Positions 10,837-23,518 of a stretch of 45,993 nt of DNA are shown piece by piece. The notes below the pieces were generated by a model, which was given only the letters and a program-made list of their open reading frames with translations, did not search any database and was not told where the DNA came from. Position numbers and translations under genes: made by a program. Within the stretch, counting starts at the first letter, position 1. Every line of letters starts with the position of its first letter. This DNA is from Octopus sinensis (Eukaryota): assembly GCF_006345805.1 (NCBI RefSeq), contig NW_021835203.1, positions 1 to 45,993 of the forward strand, in the 5' to 3' direction.

Positions 10837-11210
10837 ATATAAAGCTGAAGTTGTCTGATATATGTATGTATGTATGTGTGTGTGTGTATACGTATGTGTG
10901 AGCCTCTTTTGGCCCCACCTGAGTTTTGAAACTGAATGGGAAAATTTTCCCCCTAACTATAGAGCCTTATTGTTCTGTTGAGGAACAATGTTGTTTTATT
11001 CAACCGATGGCCTTGCCAACATTTGATTGATGTATTTTCCTCTTGACCCATAACCTTCTAGGTTGTAAAGGGTTTAAATGAATAATATAAGGGATCTTTA
11101 CCCTTTGAACGGCAGATCGGGAAATAAATTTTTTGTAACTAAACCTTTCAACCTTCGGACACTAACCCTAACCCTAAATACAACCAGCAACGTTGCAAGC
11201 AATGCTAGGG
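10830..11210 (+). mobile_element. Probable second non-autonomous Helitron
   Basis: The 5' end TATAATATAAAGCTGAAGTTGTCTG resembles the 1992 element (TAATAAACGGCAGTTGTCTG). The 3' end CAGCAACGTTGCAAGCAATG-CTAG resembles GAGCAACGCCGGCGATACTG-CTAG. The base after CTAG is G rather than the usual T. Confidence 0.55.
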
Positions 11211-11285
11211 GTAAACCACAGCAACACAAACACACACACATACATCTATATATATAGTAATAATTATATATTATATATATATATA

Positions 11286-11400
11286 TGACGACTTCTTTCA
11301 GTTTCCGTCTACCAAATCCACTCACAGGCTTTGGTTGGCCCGAGGTTATAGTAGAAGACACTTGCCCAAGGTGCCAGACAGTGGGACTGAACCCGGAATC
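11286..11400 (-). mobile_element. tRNA-headed SINE family B (CORE-like CCTTGGGCAAGTGTCTT), partial
   Basis: Matches the full copies at 23272-23682 and 44918-45290. Confidence 0.85.
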
Positions 11401-11879
11401 AGCCACTCCAATATTTTTTAAATATCTGGCCTGTAAAACTTAATATTCCTCTAAATATTTTATAAGTCATCATACTATTTTTATCTTAGAAAAACAATGA
11501 CCGATGGAGTGAGAAGATTAGATTATTCATGAAGCGTCTTCATAAAAACAAAAACACAGAACTCCTTTGGCATCTTAAATAAATACAATATAAATTCCAA
11601 TAAAAGTAAAAAGACCGGTTTTCTTTGACCAACTTTACTGACGTCAGCATTTGAATGGATTGCTACAGGGGTGTTTACAACTCTGTTTTATTACGATTAA
11701 CTCATTTTATTGGGCCTGAAAGATAAGACAAAAAAACCAGCCGAGCAGGATTTGAAATGATTATTGTAAAATAATGCAAATGTCGGTTTACCTATACATG
11801 TGTGCCCCTACCCGACTGACTTTGTTGCCTCACAACTTCCAGAAAATGTAAATTTTTTTAATGAAATTTTCAAAAAATA

Positions 11880-12386
11880 TCGTTAATCCTCGAGTATAGT
11901 CTGCCCTTGAGTATAATACGCAGGGGATTTTTAGGGGGCTGTACCTCTGGAAAACCTAAACTTGTGTATAATACGCACCCCTTCTCTAACCAGTCAAGGA
12001 GGTCTGTATAACGTCCTTGGTTTCTAAAAATGTATACGGTAACGTCCTTTATATTATTATTGCATATAACATAATGCAAACATGTAGCTTTTTTGTGCAT
12101 TTTGTTTGCAGAAAATAAAGAAATAACAGTAATAACGTTTAATAAATGTTGCTTATTGCAAGTTATGGATGATTCTTTTATGACTTCATTGCTTTCAGGC
12201 TTAGCTTAAGGTATTTTCGAGCCCGACATCACAAAATGCCTCTGAATAAACATTGCCTGACAGCAAATAGAGACTTGGACATTGCTTAGAAAATAATTTC
12301 CATTTTTAACCTCATATATAGTACGCACTAGGGATTTTGACCTTAAATTTGGGAAAATAATGCGGATTATACTTGAGGATTTACGG
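11880..12386. mobile_element. Tc1/mariner/pogo-type MITE with ~26-bp TIRs and TA target duplication
   Basis: Left TA|TCGTTAATCCTCGAGTATAGTCTGC versus the reverse complement of the right end TA|CCGTAAATCCTCAAGTATAATCCGC. Flanked by TA at 11878-11879 and 12387-12388. Confidence 0.8.
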
Positions 12387-12850
12387 TATGTTTTAGATGT
12401 GTATATTCCGCTTATGTAGGAATTTATATTTTAAAAAATTCTGTGGTTAGGAAGAGAGGTTTCGGGAAATTACATGAGTTGACTTTGTTTCCTCATAACT
12501 TGGGTATTTTTTTATGAAATTTGCTACAAATACTTTTCAGAATGTATACATTCAGATTATATTGGAATTTGATGTGAAAAGGAAAATAGTGCACACATCA
12601 CAATTTCTATCGAAATCTCAAGTTTCATTTTGTACATATATATGATATCCATTAGTACATATGTGCATAAAAGCCCACCATTTTTGTATTTTCTTTTGTC
12701 ATATTAAAACCCCAGCGTTTTCGATAGCCGCTCATGAAAAAGTGAAAGTCTTTCTTCGGCAATTTCTTGATTTCAGCAACTATTTTCAGAAAAAAAATGT
12801 TGCCCCCTACCCCTCCACCTCCAATTTCTTCATTTCTCGCTTGTTTCCGT

Positions 12851-12905
12851 AACTCTAATCCTAAATCCCAACCCTAACCCTAAAACCCAAAACCTAACCC
12901 TAACG
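12851..12905. repeat. Degenerate interstitial (CCCTAA)n telomere-like tract
   Basis: AACTCTAATCCTAAATCCCAACCCTAACCCTAAAACCCAAAACCTAACCCTAA. A shorter tract lies at 11161-11178. Confidence 0.6.
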
Positions 12906-13338
12906 GCAGTGGATGATGATGATAATGATGATGATAGTAGTAGTAGCATTGATTATGTTAGGATGTCTCATGGATGGTAGCGTTGGTGTGTGTGTGTATG
13001 TATGGATCAAAACAGTTTGATTCAAATTCTGTGGTTCTTATATATTCATACATACATATACATGTAGAAGTATATAACATATATATATTGTATGTAAACA
13101 TCTTTTATATATATATAATGTATGCATCTATAATACACACACATTATAAATATATACACATATATGCATATGCATTAGAATATGTGTGTATAGGTGTATA
13201 TATATATATATGCATATGTTTGTATACATGTGTGTGTAGATATTTAGGATCTACACAAATTTTATATATACTCCACGAAGTTTATGATAAGCGAGAAGAT
13301 GTTACATTTTAGTTAGCTATTTACATGTTTACGTTAAC

Positions 13339-14125
13339 TACGTCACAAAATAGCTGTTTACGTCACAGTAACAATATTTTGAGAGCAGTCAGAAATAATA
13401 TGAGGTCGAAAGAAAGAATACCTTGGTTAAAATTCGAATTATTAAACAACGTTAAACTTAGAAATTACAATTCCTTTTTCATTTTGTTTACAATTATGTT
13501 TTCTTTTGACACATTCTACCAGTATACGAAGTTTCAATTGTTTAGTTAACTAGGAAAATCTGGCCTTCAAACTGAAAAGATCCGGAAGTCAAAAATTTTG
13601 GTAGGTATAAAACATTTAAACTAAATATAGTACTTAACATTGAAACATATTTTCGGGAATAAACGCGTAGAACATTCACTAACAGTGATTGATTGGTGGT
13701 ATCACATTCGTTATCAAAGTCCTTGCCTTCTTCGATAGGTTCCATAAAACTTACACATAAATATGTAAAGAGAGCCACACTGGAAGAGACGTTTTATGAA
13801 AATACGGATAATAAACCATTGCAGAAAACTAGCTTCAGTCTCACAAAAAAAATATGTTTTTCCCCTGCTTGTAAAACGTTACTCGGTGTAAAATCTCAAA
13901 CATACGTCAGTTCCTTTGCAATTTTTTCCCCATTTTCTTCTACTCTTTCTTATACAAATGTAGCCCATTAATTGAAATATTGTTTCGCAAACTATTATCA
14001 AACCAAATTTTCAATGATGCCTCAATTTAACTATTTTTGTGAGGTCCTAAACTGTTGTGAAACAGAATCACTGCTAACATTCCTCATCGCAATGATTCTC
14101 CATTTATAAAGTAGAATCACATGAC
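13339..14125. promoter_or_regulatory. Possible promoter-like unique segment
   Basis: TACGTCAC twice (13339, 13359), CCGGAAGT ETS motif (13582), TACGTCA (13903), TTTATAAA (14103) and TCACATGAC E-box (14117). Motif presence only, no functional evidence. Confidence 0.25.
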
Positions 14126-14299
14126 CCGATGAAATAAGAGATTAAGAAACACAGTTTCTCCGAGATTTTTGATAAAAATATCCGCGTAATAAAGTGATTT
14201 TTATAACAATAAATCTTTGATAACCATAACCGAGATTATAACATACGGATTCCAGTGTATACAAATACATATTTCGATATATATGAGCGTATATTTCTA

Positions 14300-14364
14300 T
14301 ATATGTACACTCACACACATATATATTTACATATATATAAATATGCATATACATTTATAAATAA

Positions 14365-14398
<34 letters not shown>

Positions 14399-14847
14399 AC
14401 ATAGGTATATAGAAATATGTATGCACATACACACATATATAGTTCTATTGATATATAGACACATACACATATATAACATATAAATACGCATGTATATATA
14501 TACATATTTATATATTCGTATTTATATATATATATACACACGTACAAACATACACGTTGCCTCCCTCTTTAATACATAATGCCAGAGTCAATTTAACTTT
14601 GATGTATGCTGACAGACCTCCATTTATAGTTATTTATTTTTTTTATTATTTATTTAAATATCTATTTATTTATTGAGCTTTCGTTTTTGGGACCAAATGG
14701 AACTCACATGCATATACATACATACATGACATAATATATATAATTAATATATTATATTATATATAGTTAGATATAGATATATACATATATATGTATATCT
14801 ATATATATAAGATATATGTACATATATATGTATATGTATATATACAT

Positions 14848-14916
<69 letters not shown>

Positions 14917-14960
14917 CACACTTATCTCCTTTGTACTTGATAATATTACAAATCATATTG
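14300..14960. repeat. (TA)n/(TG)n compound microsatellites
   Basis: Directly visible. Confidence 0.9.
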
Positions 14961-15053
14961 TCAATTCATTTTGTGTTAGAACTTAATCGCATGCATATTT
15001 AATTCGGTAATTTAGTTCAGCCATTTTAATAAACTCCATTTTCTTTTTGCCTA

Positions 15054-15106
<53 letters not shown>

Positions 15107-15479
15107 ATACTTATATGATCTTTCAAAAATGTTCATCAAATTATTCTCTCGTACAAATTTGTATATTTTATACTTAATTCCTGTCGACTTATATACATTT
15201 TTAATAAATTCCGTTTAGTCTTTAATCGCATGTATACATTATTCGATAATTTTAATAGCATATTCTGTCCTTTTGTACATACAAATGTTATTCTCTGTAT
15301 CTATTATGTTTTATCTTTTCCGTTTATCTCTTCACCCTTACTCCTTATCTCTATCTCGATATTTTATTTAATGGTTGTTTTTAAATCAAAGCTTCTACGA
15401 GCGGCGTCTACGAGATTTTCCACTTCACCATACAATCAAAACTAATGATTATTTAATACATTCTCCATGCTAAAAGAAT

Positions 15480-16165
15480 CTTTACCGCGTCGGAATAAAG
15501 GCGTAGCTGTATTTCTTCTGACTCTTTGTTCTGAGTTCAATTGACGCCGGGGTCGACTTTGCCTTTCATCCTTTCTCTGCCGATTTTTGCCTTTCCCCAC
15601 TTCTATGTCAACTTTGCCTTACATCCTTTCTCATTCGACTTTGCCTTTCATCCTTCCTCTGTAAACTTTGCCTTTCATCCTTTTACTGTCTACTTTGCCT
15701 TTCATCCTTTCTCTGCCGATTTTTGCCTTTCACCACTTCTATGTCAACTTTGCCTTACATCCTTTCTCATTCGACTTTGCCTTTCATCCTTTCTATGTCA
15801 ACTTTGCCTTTCATCCTTTCTTTGTTGACTTTGCCTCTCATCCTTTCTTTGGCGATTTTTGCCTTTCCCCACTTCTATGTCAACTTTGCCTTACATCCTT
15901 TCTCATTCGACTTTGCCTTTCATCCTTTGTCTGTTGACTTTTGCCTCTATTCTTTCTCTGCCGAGTTTTGCCTTTCTCCACTTCTGTGTCAACTTTGCCT
16001 TACATCCTTTCTCTTTCGGCTTTGCCCTTCATTCTTTCTCTGCCGACATTGCCTTTCATCCTTTCAGGGTCGATAAAATAAATACCAGTTGAATACTGGG
16101 TTTGATGTAATCGACTCATGCCCACCTCTCCAAACATCACTGGATTTGGGCCAAAGTTTGCAACC
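15480..16165 (+). mobile_element. SINE family A copy whose central motif is amplified into a ~520-bp minisatellite (15550-16070)
   Basis: Degenerate head with B-box (GAGTTCAA), then ~23 variants of GACTTTGCCTTTCATCCTTTC, then the normal continuation GGGTCGATAAAAT..TACCAGTTG..TACTGGG. Confidence 0.9.
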
Positions 16166-16424
16166 AATGTGTTCTATATATATATCAATGGTTTCTTCCG
16201 TCGAGTTTTACGCATGAGAGTCAAACAGCTAGCTATTGGCCATGCGGTGAAGCTTTGGATTCGATCTGCAACACTTTTTGGGCATTAGCAGAAATTTGGT
16301 GCTAATGTTTGCCAAAATCTTACTAAACAACATATCCCCGTGATTACTTTTGTTTTCAGAGTTCTCCATCACTTGAGTTCGTTGTCTTCGTCACGACTTA
16401 GGGTCCAAACCAAACTGAGCACCA

Positions 16425-16570
16425 AACCAGTCGTTTATCAGTCCGTGCACGCGCATACATAGACAGAAGTACTGAGGTCGATTTGTTCGACTAAAACCAT
16501 TGATGACGGTGCTCCAGCATTGCCGCAGTCGAATGACTGAAACAGGTGAAAGAATAAAAAATAAAGTAAA
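16425..16570 (+). mobile_element. SINE family B 3' tail fragment (others at 24540-24685 -, 27030-27080 +, 29510-29600 -, 45680-45890 -; head-only copy at 38250-38340 +)
   Basis: GTCGATTTGTTCGACTAAA..GGTGCTCCAGCAT.GCCGCAGTC.AATGACTGAAACA. Confidence 0.85.
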
Positions 16571-16572
16571 GA

Positions 16573-16579
<7 letters not shown>

Positions 16580-16622
<43 letters not shown>

Positions 16623-16678
16623 TATATATATATACTTATGTATATATATAATATATATATACTTATATATATATTACT

Positions 16679-16733
<55 letters not shown>

Positions 16734-16734
16734 T

Positions 16735-16804
<70 letters not shown>

Positions 16805-16805
16805 T
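16580..16805. repeat. (TA)n + (TAGA)n microsatellite
   Basis: Directly visible. Confidence 0.95.
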
Positions 16806-17084
16806 GTAACATAGGGCAAGTTTTAGCCATTTCTACCGCTGACTAAAGAAAGTGATGAACAACCTTAATCGATTTTCGAACCTTATTGAGTTCTCACCAG
16901 AGGCGTCCACAGCATTTTGACAGTCTCCAGAGAAACAATCAACCAAACTGTTTATATGCTCAACAAATGCAGAAGTTAGATAGATAGGTATATAGAAAGA
17001 GAGACAGAGAGAGAGAGAGAGATACTTATAACTATATACACATATATTTATATTTATATACTTACATATATATATATATATATA

Positions 17085-17380
17085 CCTGAGACCCTCTTCG
17101 GTCACGAATGACCATAGGCTTGCACCTAGAAACTTACCCTCCGAGGCATATCCGGGCAAGGTTGTTTATGGAAGGCCAGCAGTCGCCCATGCATACCAGC
17201 CTCCCATCTCCACGCCACCGATGTTATCCAAAGGAAAGGCAAAGGGGTCGGCACAGCTTGGTACTAGAGCTACGCGAAAGAAAGTGTCTTGCTCAAGAAC
17301 ACAACACGCAGTCCGGTCCGCGATTCGAACTCACAACCTCACGGTCGTAAGTTCGACTCTCTAACCACTGAGCCATTCGC
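17085..17380 (-). mobile_element. tRNA-headed SINE family C
   Basis: The minus strand gives GAAGGCGAATGGCTCAGTGGTTAGAG (A-box), GTGAGTTCGAATC (B-box) and TGTTCTTGAGCAAGACAC (central domain). Confidence 0.8.
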
Positions 17381-17390
17381 CTTCATACAC

Positions 17391-17444
<54 letters not shown>

Positions 17445-18024
17445 GTATATGTATATATACATACATACATACAGACATACATACATGCATATATCCATCT
17501 ATCCATAGGTACACCAATGTTCAAAGAATCATAGAGTGATACATACAAAAATACTTTTATACATACTATATTACACATACGCACCTTTCCACGCGTACTC
17601 ACATAGAGTAATCCATCCACCCCATCCATGGATACACACGCACACACATGCATACACACACATACATACATACATCCATACATCCATCCATACATATGCA
17701 TAAATATGCATTCATATGAATGTCTGAATGTATGCTTGTGTGTATATATGTAAAAATGTATTTGAAAGTGTAACTATTGAATATTTTTAAGTATCTGTGT
17801 ATCTTGTTTGTATATCATTGTTTCTTTATTCATGTTTCCTGTGTTCTACCCTTACCACGGTTTGTTATTGTTTTATGTTCTTTTGATGCTACAATATCAA
17901 TTTCATGTTGCATAATTATATAATTATGACGTTAATGCGTAGTTACTGCGTTGTTTTGTTATGATATTGTAATTTTATATTGTTATATTAATCGTTGTGT
18001 TCATATAGTTTTAATATTGTTACA

Positions 18025-18355
18025 CATGGCTCGGTGGTTAGAGCGACGGGCTCACAATCATTAAGTTGTGAGTTCGGTTCCCTGACCGGTTTGTGTGTTT
18101 TGTCCTTGAGCAAGACACTTTATTTCACGTTGTTCCGGTTCACTCAGCTCCAGAAACGAGTTGCTACATCATTGGTGCCAAGCTATAAAGACCTTTGCCT
18201 TTCTCCCCAGGGAACATTTGTGGAGGGAGATGGAAGACTGGTATGCGTAGGGGACCGCTGGTCTTCCATAAACAGCTGTGCCCGGACTTGTGCTTTGGAG
18301 GGTAACTTTCTGGGCGCAATTCTATAGTCATTTATGACCAAGTGGGTCTTCACCC
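18025..18355 (+). mobile_element. SINE family C
   Basis: GGCTCGGTGGTTAGAGC..GTGAGTTCG..GTCCTTGAGCAAGACACTTTATTTCACGTTG, matching 45341-45645. Confidence 0.8.
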
Positions 18356-18364
18356 TTTACCTTG

Positions 18365-18990
18365 CTTTTATATCCTTTACTACTCTAGGCACAAGGTCCG
18401 AAATATTGGGAGAGGGGGCTAGTCGATTAGATCGACCCTAGTACGTAACTGATACTTAATTAATCGACCCCGAAAAGATGAAAGGCAAACTCGATCTCGA
18501 CGGAATTCGAACTCACAACGTAAAGACAGACGAAATACCGCTAAGCATTCCGCCCGGCGTGCAAACGATTCTGCCAACACGCCGCCTTGGAACCCATCTG
18601 AATGTTCTTTTCTACTCTAGGCACAAGGCCCGATGTATTGGGGGAGGAGATCAGTCGATCAGACCAACCCCAGTACGCAATTGGTACTTTATTTATCGAT
18701 CCCGAAAAGATGAAAGGCAAAGTCGATCTCGGTGGAATTTGAACTCAGAACGTAAAGACAAGCGAAATACCTATTTCTTTACTACCCACAAGGGGCTAAA
18801 CACAGACAGGACAAACAAGGACAGACAAACGGATTAAGACGATTATATCGACACCAGTAACTGGTAGTTAATTTATCGACCCCGAAAGGATGAAAGGCAA
18901 AGTCGACCTCGACGGAATTTGAACTCAGAACGTAACGGCAGACGAAATACCGCAAAGCATTTCGCCCGACGTGATAACGTCTCTGCCAGC
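18365..18990 (-). mobile_element. Tandem cluster of SINE family A (three units, including a dimeric unit)
   Basis: Repeated GATCGACCCCAGTACGCAACTGGTAC..CGAAAGGATGAAAGGCAAAGTCGACCTCGGCGGAATTTGAACTCAGAACG. The minus-strand head is AGGCGGCGAGCTGGCAGAA (A-box) with GAGTTCAAATTCC (B-box). Confidence 0.9.
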
Positions 18991-19034
18991 TCACCACCTT
19001 ACCTTGTTTTTGCATTCTTATATCATTGTGTTGT

Positions 19035-19310
19035 GGAGGCACATTGCCTAGTGATTAGAGCAGCGAACTTGCGGTCGAGGGATCGCGGGTTCGAATCTCA
19101 GACCGGGCGATGTGTATGTTTATGCTCCGGCAGAAGGTAATGGCGAACTTCTGCTGACTCCTTCGCCACATCTTTCTCTCACTCTTTCCTCCTGCATCTT
19201 GCAATCACCTGCGACGGACCGGAGTCCCGTCCAGGTGGGGAACCTATACGCTAAGGAAACCGGGAACCGGCCCTTATGAGCCAGGCATGGCTCTAGAAGG
19301 AACAAACAAA
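19035..19310 (+). mobile_element. tRNA-headed SINE (family C-like head, different body)
   Basis: GGAGGCACATTGCCTAGTGATTAGAGC..GGGTTCGAATCTC head. Confidence 0.65.
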
Positions 19311-19879
19311 CAACAACAATCATTGTGTTATGTTAGTTCTTATATTGCTATTTTCTTATTGCTTTTCATTCTTAGATTGCTGTTTTACAAATATGTGATT
19401 CTTATGTTGTTATGTAAATGAAGTTTAGTGTAGCGTAATATAGTATAGAGCAGTATACAAACACACACACGCACACACACATATACGGACACACACACAA
19501 ATACAGACACACACACACAGAAGCACAAGAAAACACACATACGCACACACATACAAACACGTACACACATTCATACAGAAAGACAAGCACAGAAACACAA
19601 ACACTCATACGGGCGCGCGCGCACATACACACGCGTTCACACACACATCAACACACACTCACAAACACACACACATAATGAACAGAGTTGAAATTGGATT
19701 CGCAGAATCTAGCGGAACCCCCACTGTAACTATTCCAGCTGGTTAGGATGTGGCTCGGCTTTCAGGTCGCACCTTAATTAAATTATGATGTAATTTACGC
19801 TTACTGTACACCTGAAAATCCAGAAAATACAAACAGTAATATTTCCACTTTGAAGTATATAACAATGGTTTTAAAAACT

Positions 19880-20790
19880 TGACACAAGGCCAGCAGTCTA
19901 TGCGGTGTGAAAATCGGTTACACTGACCCCCAGTGCGCAACTGGTATTTTTTCATCGACCCCGAAAGCATGGAAGGCAAACTCAGAACGTAAAAACGGGC
20001 GAAATATGTTTTGACTGCAGTGCTAACCACGCTGCCAGTTCGATGCCTTTTCTTTAAGTATATAATAATTACTTGAAGTTTGGATACAGGAACAGCAGTT
20101 TTTGAGGGAAGGGGCCAGTCGATTACAACACCCCCACTGGTACTTATTTTATCGAACCCGAAAAATGACACGCAAAGTCGACATCGGCGGAATTTGAACT
20201 CAGAGCGTAAAAGACGGACGAAATACCTATTTCTTTACTGCCCACAAGGGGCTAATCACAGAGAGGACAAACAAGGACAGACAAACGGATTAAGTCGATT
20301 ATATCGACCCCAGTGCGTAACTGGTACTTAATTTATCGACCACGAAAGGATGAAAGGCAAAGTCGACCTCGGCAGAATTTGAACTCAGAACGTAGCGGCA
20401 GACGAAATACCGCGAAGCACAAGGCCTGAAATGTTGGGGGAGGGGTAGTAGATTACAACGACCCCAGTACTTCACTGGTACTTATTTTATCGACTGACAC
20501 GCGAAGTCGACATCGGCGGAATTTGAACTCAGAACGTAAAGACGGACGCAATTTCGCAAAGCATATTGTCGAACTAACGGTTCTACCAGCTCGCCACCTT
20601 ATATTATAATTTTTGTTTTTCTACTAAAAGCACAACGACTGAAATACGGTGATGGGGGGGGGTACTAGTTGATTACATCGACCGCCCAGTGTTTCACTGT
20701 ACTAAATTTATCGATCCTGAAAGGATGACAGGCAAAGTCGACCTCGGCGGAATTTGAACTAAGAACGTAAAGTACTTTGTCCTACTGCCG
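19880..20790 (-). mobile_element. Tandem cluster of SINE family A units (partial and dimeric)
   Basis: Five or more partial repeats of the same core as 18365-18990. Confidence 0.88.
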
Positions 20791-20865
20791 GTTCTACTAG
20801 TTCACCACTTTATATATAACAACAACAACGTGAAGACAAACAAAATACCGTTAAGCATTGGTGGC

Positions 20866-21182
20866 GGCGGCGGCAGCGGTGGTGGTGGTGGTGGTGGTGG
20901 TGGTGGCGGTGGTGGTGGTGGTGGCCACGGTGGTGGTGGTGGCGACAGTGGTGGTGGTGGCGACGGTGATGGTGGTGGCGACGGTGGTGGTGGTGGCGAC
21001 GGTGGTGGTGGTGGTGGTGGTGGTGGTGGTGGTGGTGGTGGCGACGGTGGTGGTGACGACGGTGGTGGTGGTGGTAGTGGTCGCGACGGTGGTTGTGGTG
21101 GTGCTGGTGCTGGTGGTGTTGCTGGTGGTGGTGCTGGTGGTGGTGCCGCTGGTGGTAGTGGTGGTAGTGGTGGTGTAGGCGG
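20866..21182. repeat. GC-rich (GGT)n/(GGC)n/(GAC) trinucleotide tract
   Basis: Directly visible. It is the source of the poly-Gly/Pro/His/Thr/Val ORFs. Confidence 0.95.
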
Positions 21183-21222
21183 CAGTCGGCATACCGAGGG
21201 GAGAGAGAGAGAGAGAGAGAAA

Positions 21223-21273
<51 letters not shown>

Positions 21274-21584
21274 TGTGTTTGCGTGAGTGTGTGGAAAAAC
21301 AGGCGGTTAAGATAGTGATGTGAACAGACAGTTGTGCAGTATATGTTGTGAGGGGCAGGGATGGGGGGTGAGTTGTCACAGGGTAAATACATACGTATAT
21401 GTGTGTCTATATTTATATGCGTTTGTATACACCTGTGTGTGTGTGTGTTTGTCTGTCTGTCTGTTCGTGTGTGTCTATATGCGTTTGTGTTTGTAGTTCA
21501 ATATGCGAAAAACACGCGCCTATATGGATGTTTAGATCGTAAATAATAAACTCGCACACACCCACACGTTTTACACTATGCAGT

Positions 21585-21677
21585 AGAGATACATACATAC
21601 ATACAAACATACATACATACATACATACATACATGCATGCATGCATGCATGCATGCATGCATACATACATACATACA

Positions 21678-21711
<34 letters not shown>

Positions 21712-21762
21712 CATAGCTGCATACATAGATGCATGAATGCGTGCCTACATACACACATATAC

Positions 21763-21793
<31 letters not shown>

Positions 21794-22090
21794 CACATAC
21801 ATACATGCATGCATGCATACATAGTACATACATACATAAATACATACATATATAGATGCATGCATGCGTGCCTACATACACACATATATACATGCATACA
21901 TACATACATACATACATACATACATACATACATACACACACATATACATACTTACATACATACTTACATACATACATACATACATAATTACTTACATACA
22001 TACATACACACACATATACATACATACATACATACATACATACATACATACATACATACATACATACATACATACATGCATACATACATA
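21585..22090. repeat. (TACA)n/(TGCA)n compound microsatellite (further tracts at 22658-22845 and 24145-24300)
   Basis: Directly visible. Confidence 0.95.
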
Positions 22091-23271
22091 AATGATGGCG
22101 GCAAAGTCGTGTTCGATTACTGCCATCGCTTGATCGAAAGTCCCACACATGCAAAGACTACAACCAGCCATTTTTGTGATGGGTCTTACTTTTTTCAAGC
22201 GATGCCTGTGTATGATGATTTTTTTTTTTTTTTTTGTAGTTGGGAAAGGATTTGCACAAATCCAATCCCACTCTCAGAACAGGGACAACATAAACTCGAA
22301 AAGAAGAACTGTTCTACATCATCGCATGTTGTCAGTGTCGGAGGTTTTCTCTCAGAGTCTCCTTCTGCAAGGGAGATGTTGTGACAACAGAGAGGCTTCC
22401 CACTCTCAAGGGACAACCACGTATCTGGACACCAACCCAGGTATTTCATTGTTGGATGGCCATTGACTGCTCATGAGCTCTTCCGCACTTTGACAGGTCT
22501 TATTTTTCGTCCTACAGGAAATCTAACAATCACCCTCCTCACGAAGCAAGCTTGATGAGGTTCCCAGTTTAGTCACCGACAACCCGAACATGCAACAGGT
22601 TGTACTAGGTTACATGCTACTAGTAGCGCATACATATATACATGTTACCAAGAACGCCTACATACATACATACCTACCTACATACATACATACATACATA
22701 CATACATACATACATACATACATACATACATACATACATACATACATACATACATACATACATACATACATACATACATACATACATACATACATACATA
22801 CATACATACATACAAACATACATACATGCATACAAACATACATATAACACACACGATGGGATTCCGCACAGTTTCCGCCAACCAAAATTCCACTCCCAAA
22901 GTACTAGTTAATACTTGGTAATAGCATACAGCACTTGCTCGGGGTACCAGTCATTAGAGACGAACTCAGATTGATGACGTAGTATAGTCTAGTTGTTAAC
23001 CTCATAGATATGTCTGCACTTATCACATATGCATTGATGAGTGTATGAGAGTGTCCATGTATATGCGGGAGATGTTTATGCGTGTGTCAGGGACTTCACA
23101 CTTGTACGCATGCTTAAAGCGGAAACTGTTCGTTGTTGAAAGTGTAGATAGACCCGTCCGCTGAGAATCAGTAACGTGAAACTTGAAGTAGCAACTCGCC
23201 GAATACTCAACTGTCATATGAAACTATTACAGCCTTTTCGAAACATATTCAGTACTCTTTTATATTATCTA

Positions 23272-23477
23272 CTCTCTTTACTCTTTACTCTTTTACTTGT
23301 TTTAGTCATTTGACTGCGACCATGCTGGAGCACCGCCTTTAATCGAGCAACTCGACCCCGGGACTTATTCTTTGTAAGCCCAGTACTTATTCTATCTCAT
23401 TTTGCCGAACCGCTAAGTGACGGGGACATAAACACACCAGCATCGGTTGTCAAGCAATGCTAGAGGGACAAACACAG

Positions 23478-23518
<41 letters not shown>

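Noticed and set aside
11605-11660. Minus-strand GAAAACCGGTC resembling the PLE hammerhead stem III
   Set aside because: No CUGANGA box at the right position and no stem II or stem I could be formed.
15053-15108. (CA)n(CG)7(CA)n potential Z-DNA tract
   Set aside because: Common compound microsatellite with nothing linking it to function.
16340-16420. Strong splice acceptor TTACTTTTGTTTTCAG at ~16345-16360
   Set aside because: No downstream donor or open protein-like frame before it runs into a SINE tail.
17330-17380. tRNA genes (also 19035, 23600-23682, 44918, 45341)
   Set aside because: A/B-box heads continue into SINE bodies, and no cloverleaf or acceptor stem could be formed.
20802-21392. 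Poly-Pro/His/Gly/Thr/Val ORFs (extensin- or glycine-rich-protein-like)
   Set aside because: All come from the (GGT)n tract plus dinucleotide repeats, and there is no splice or start context.
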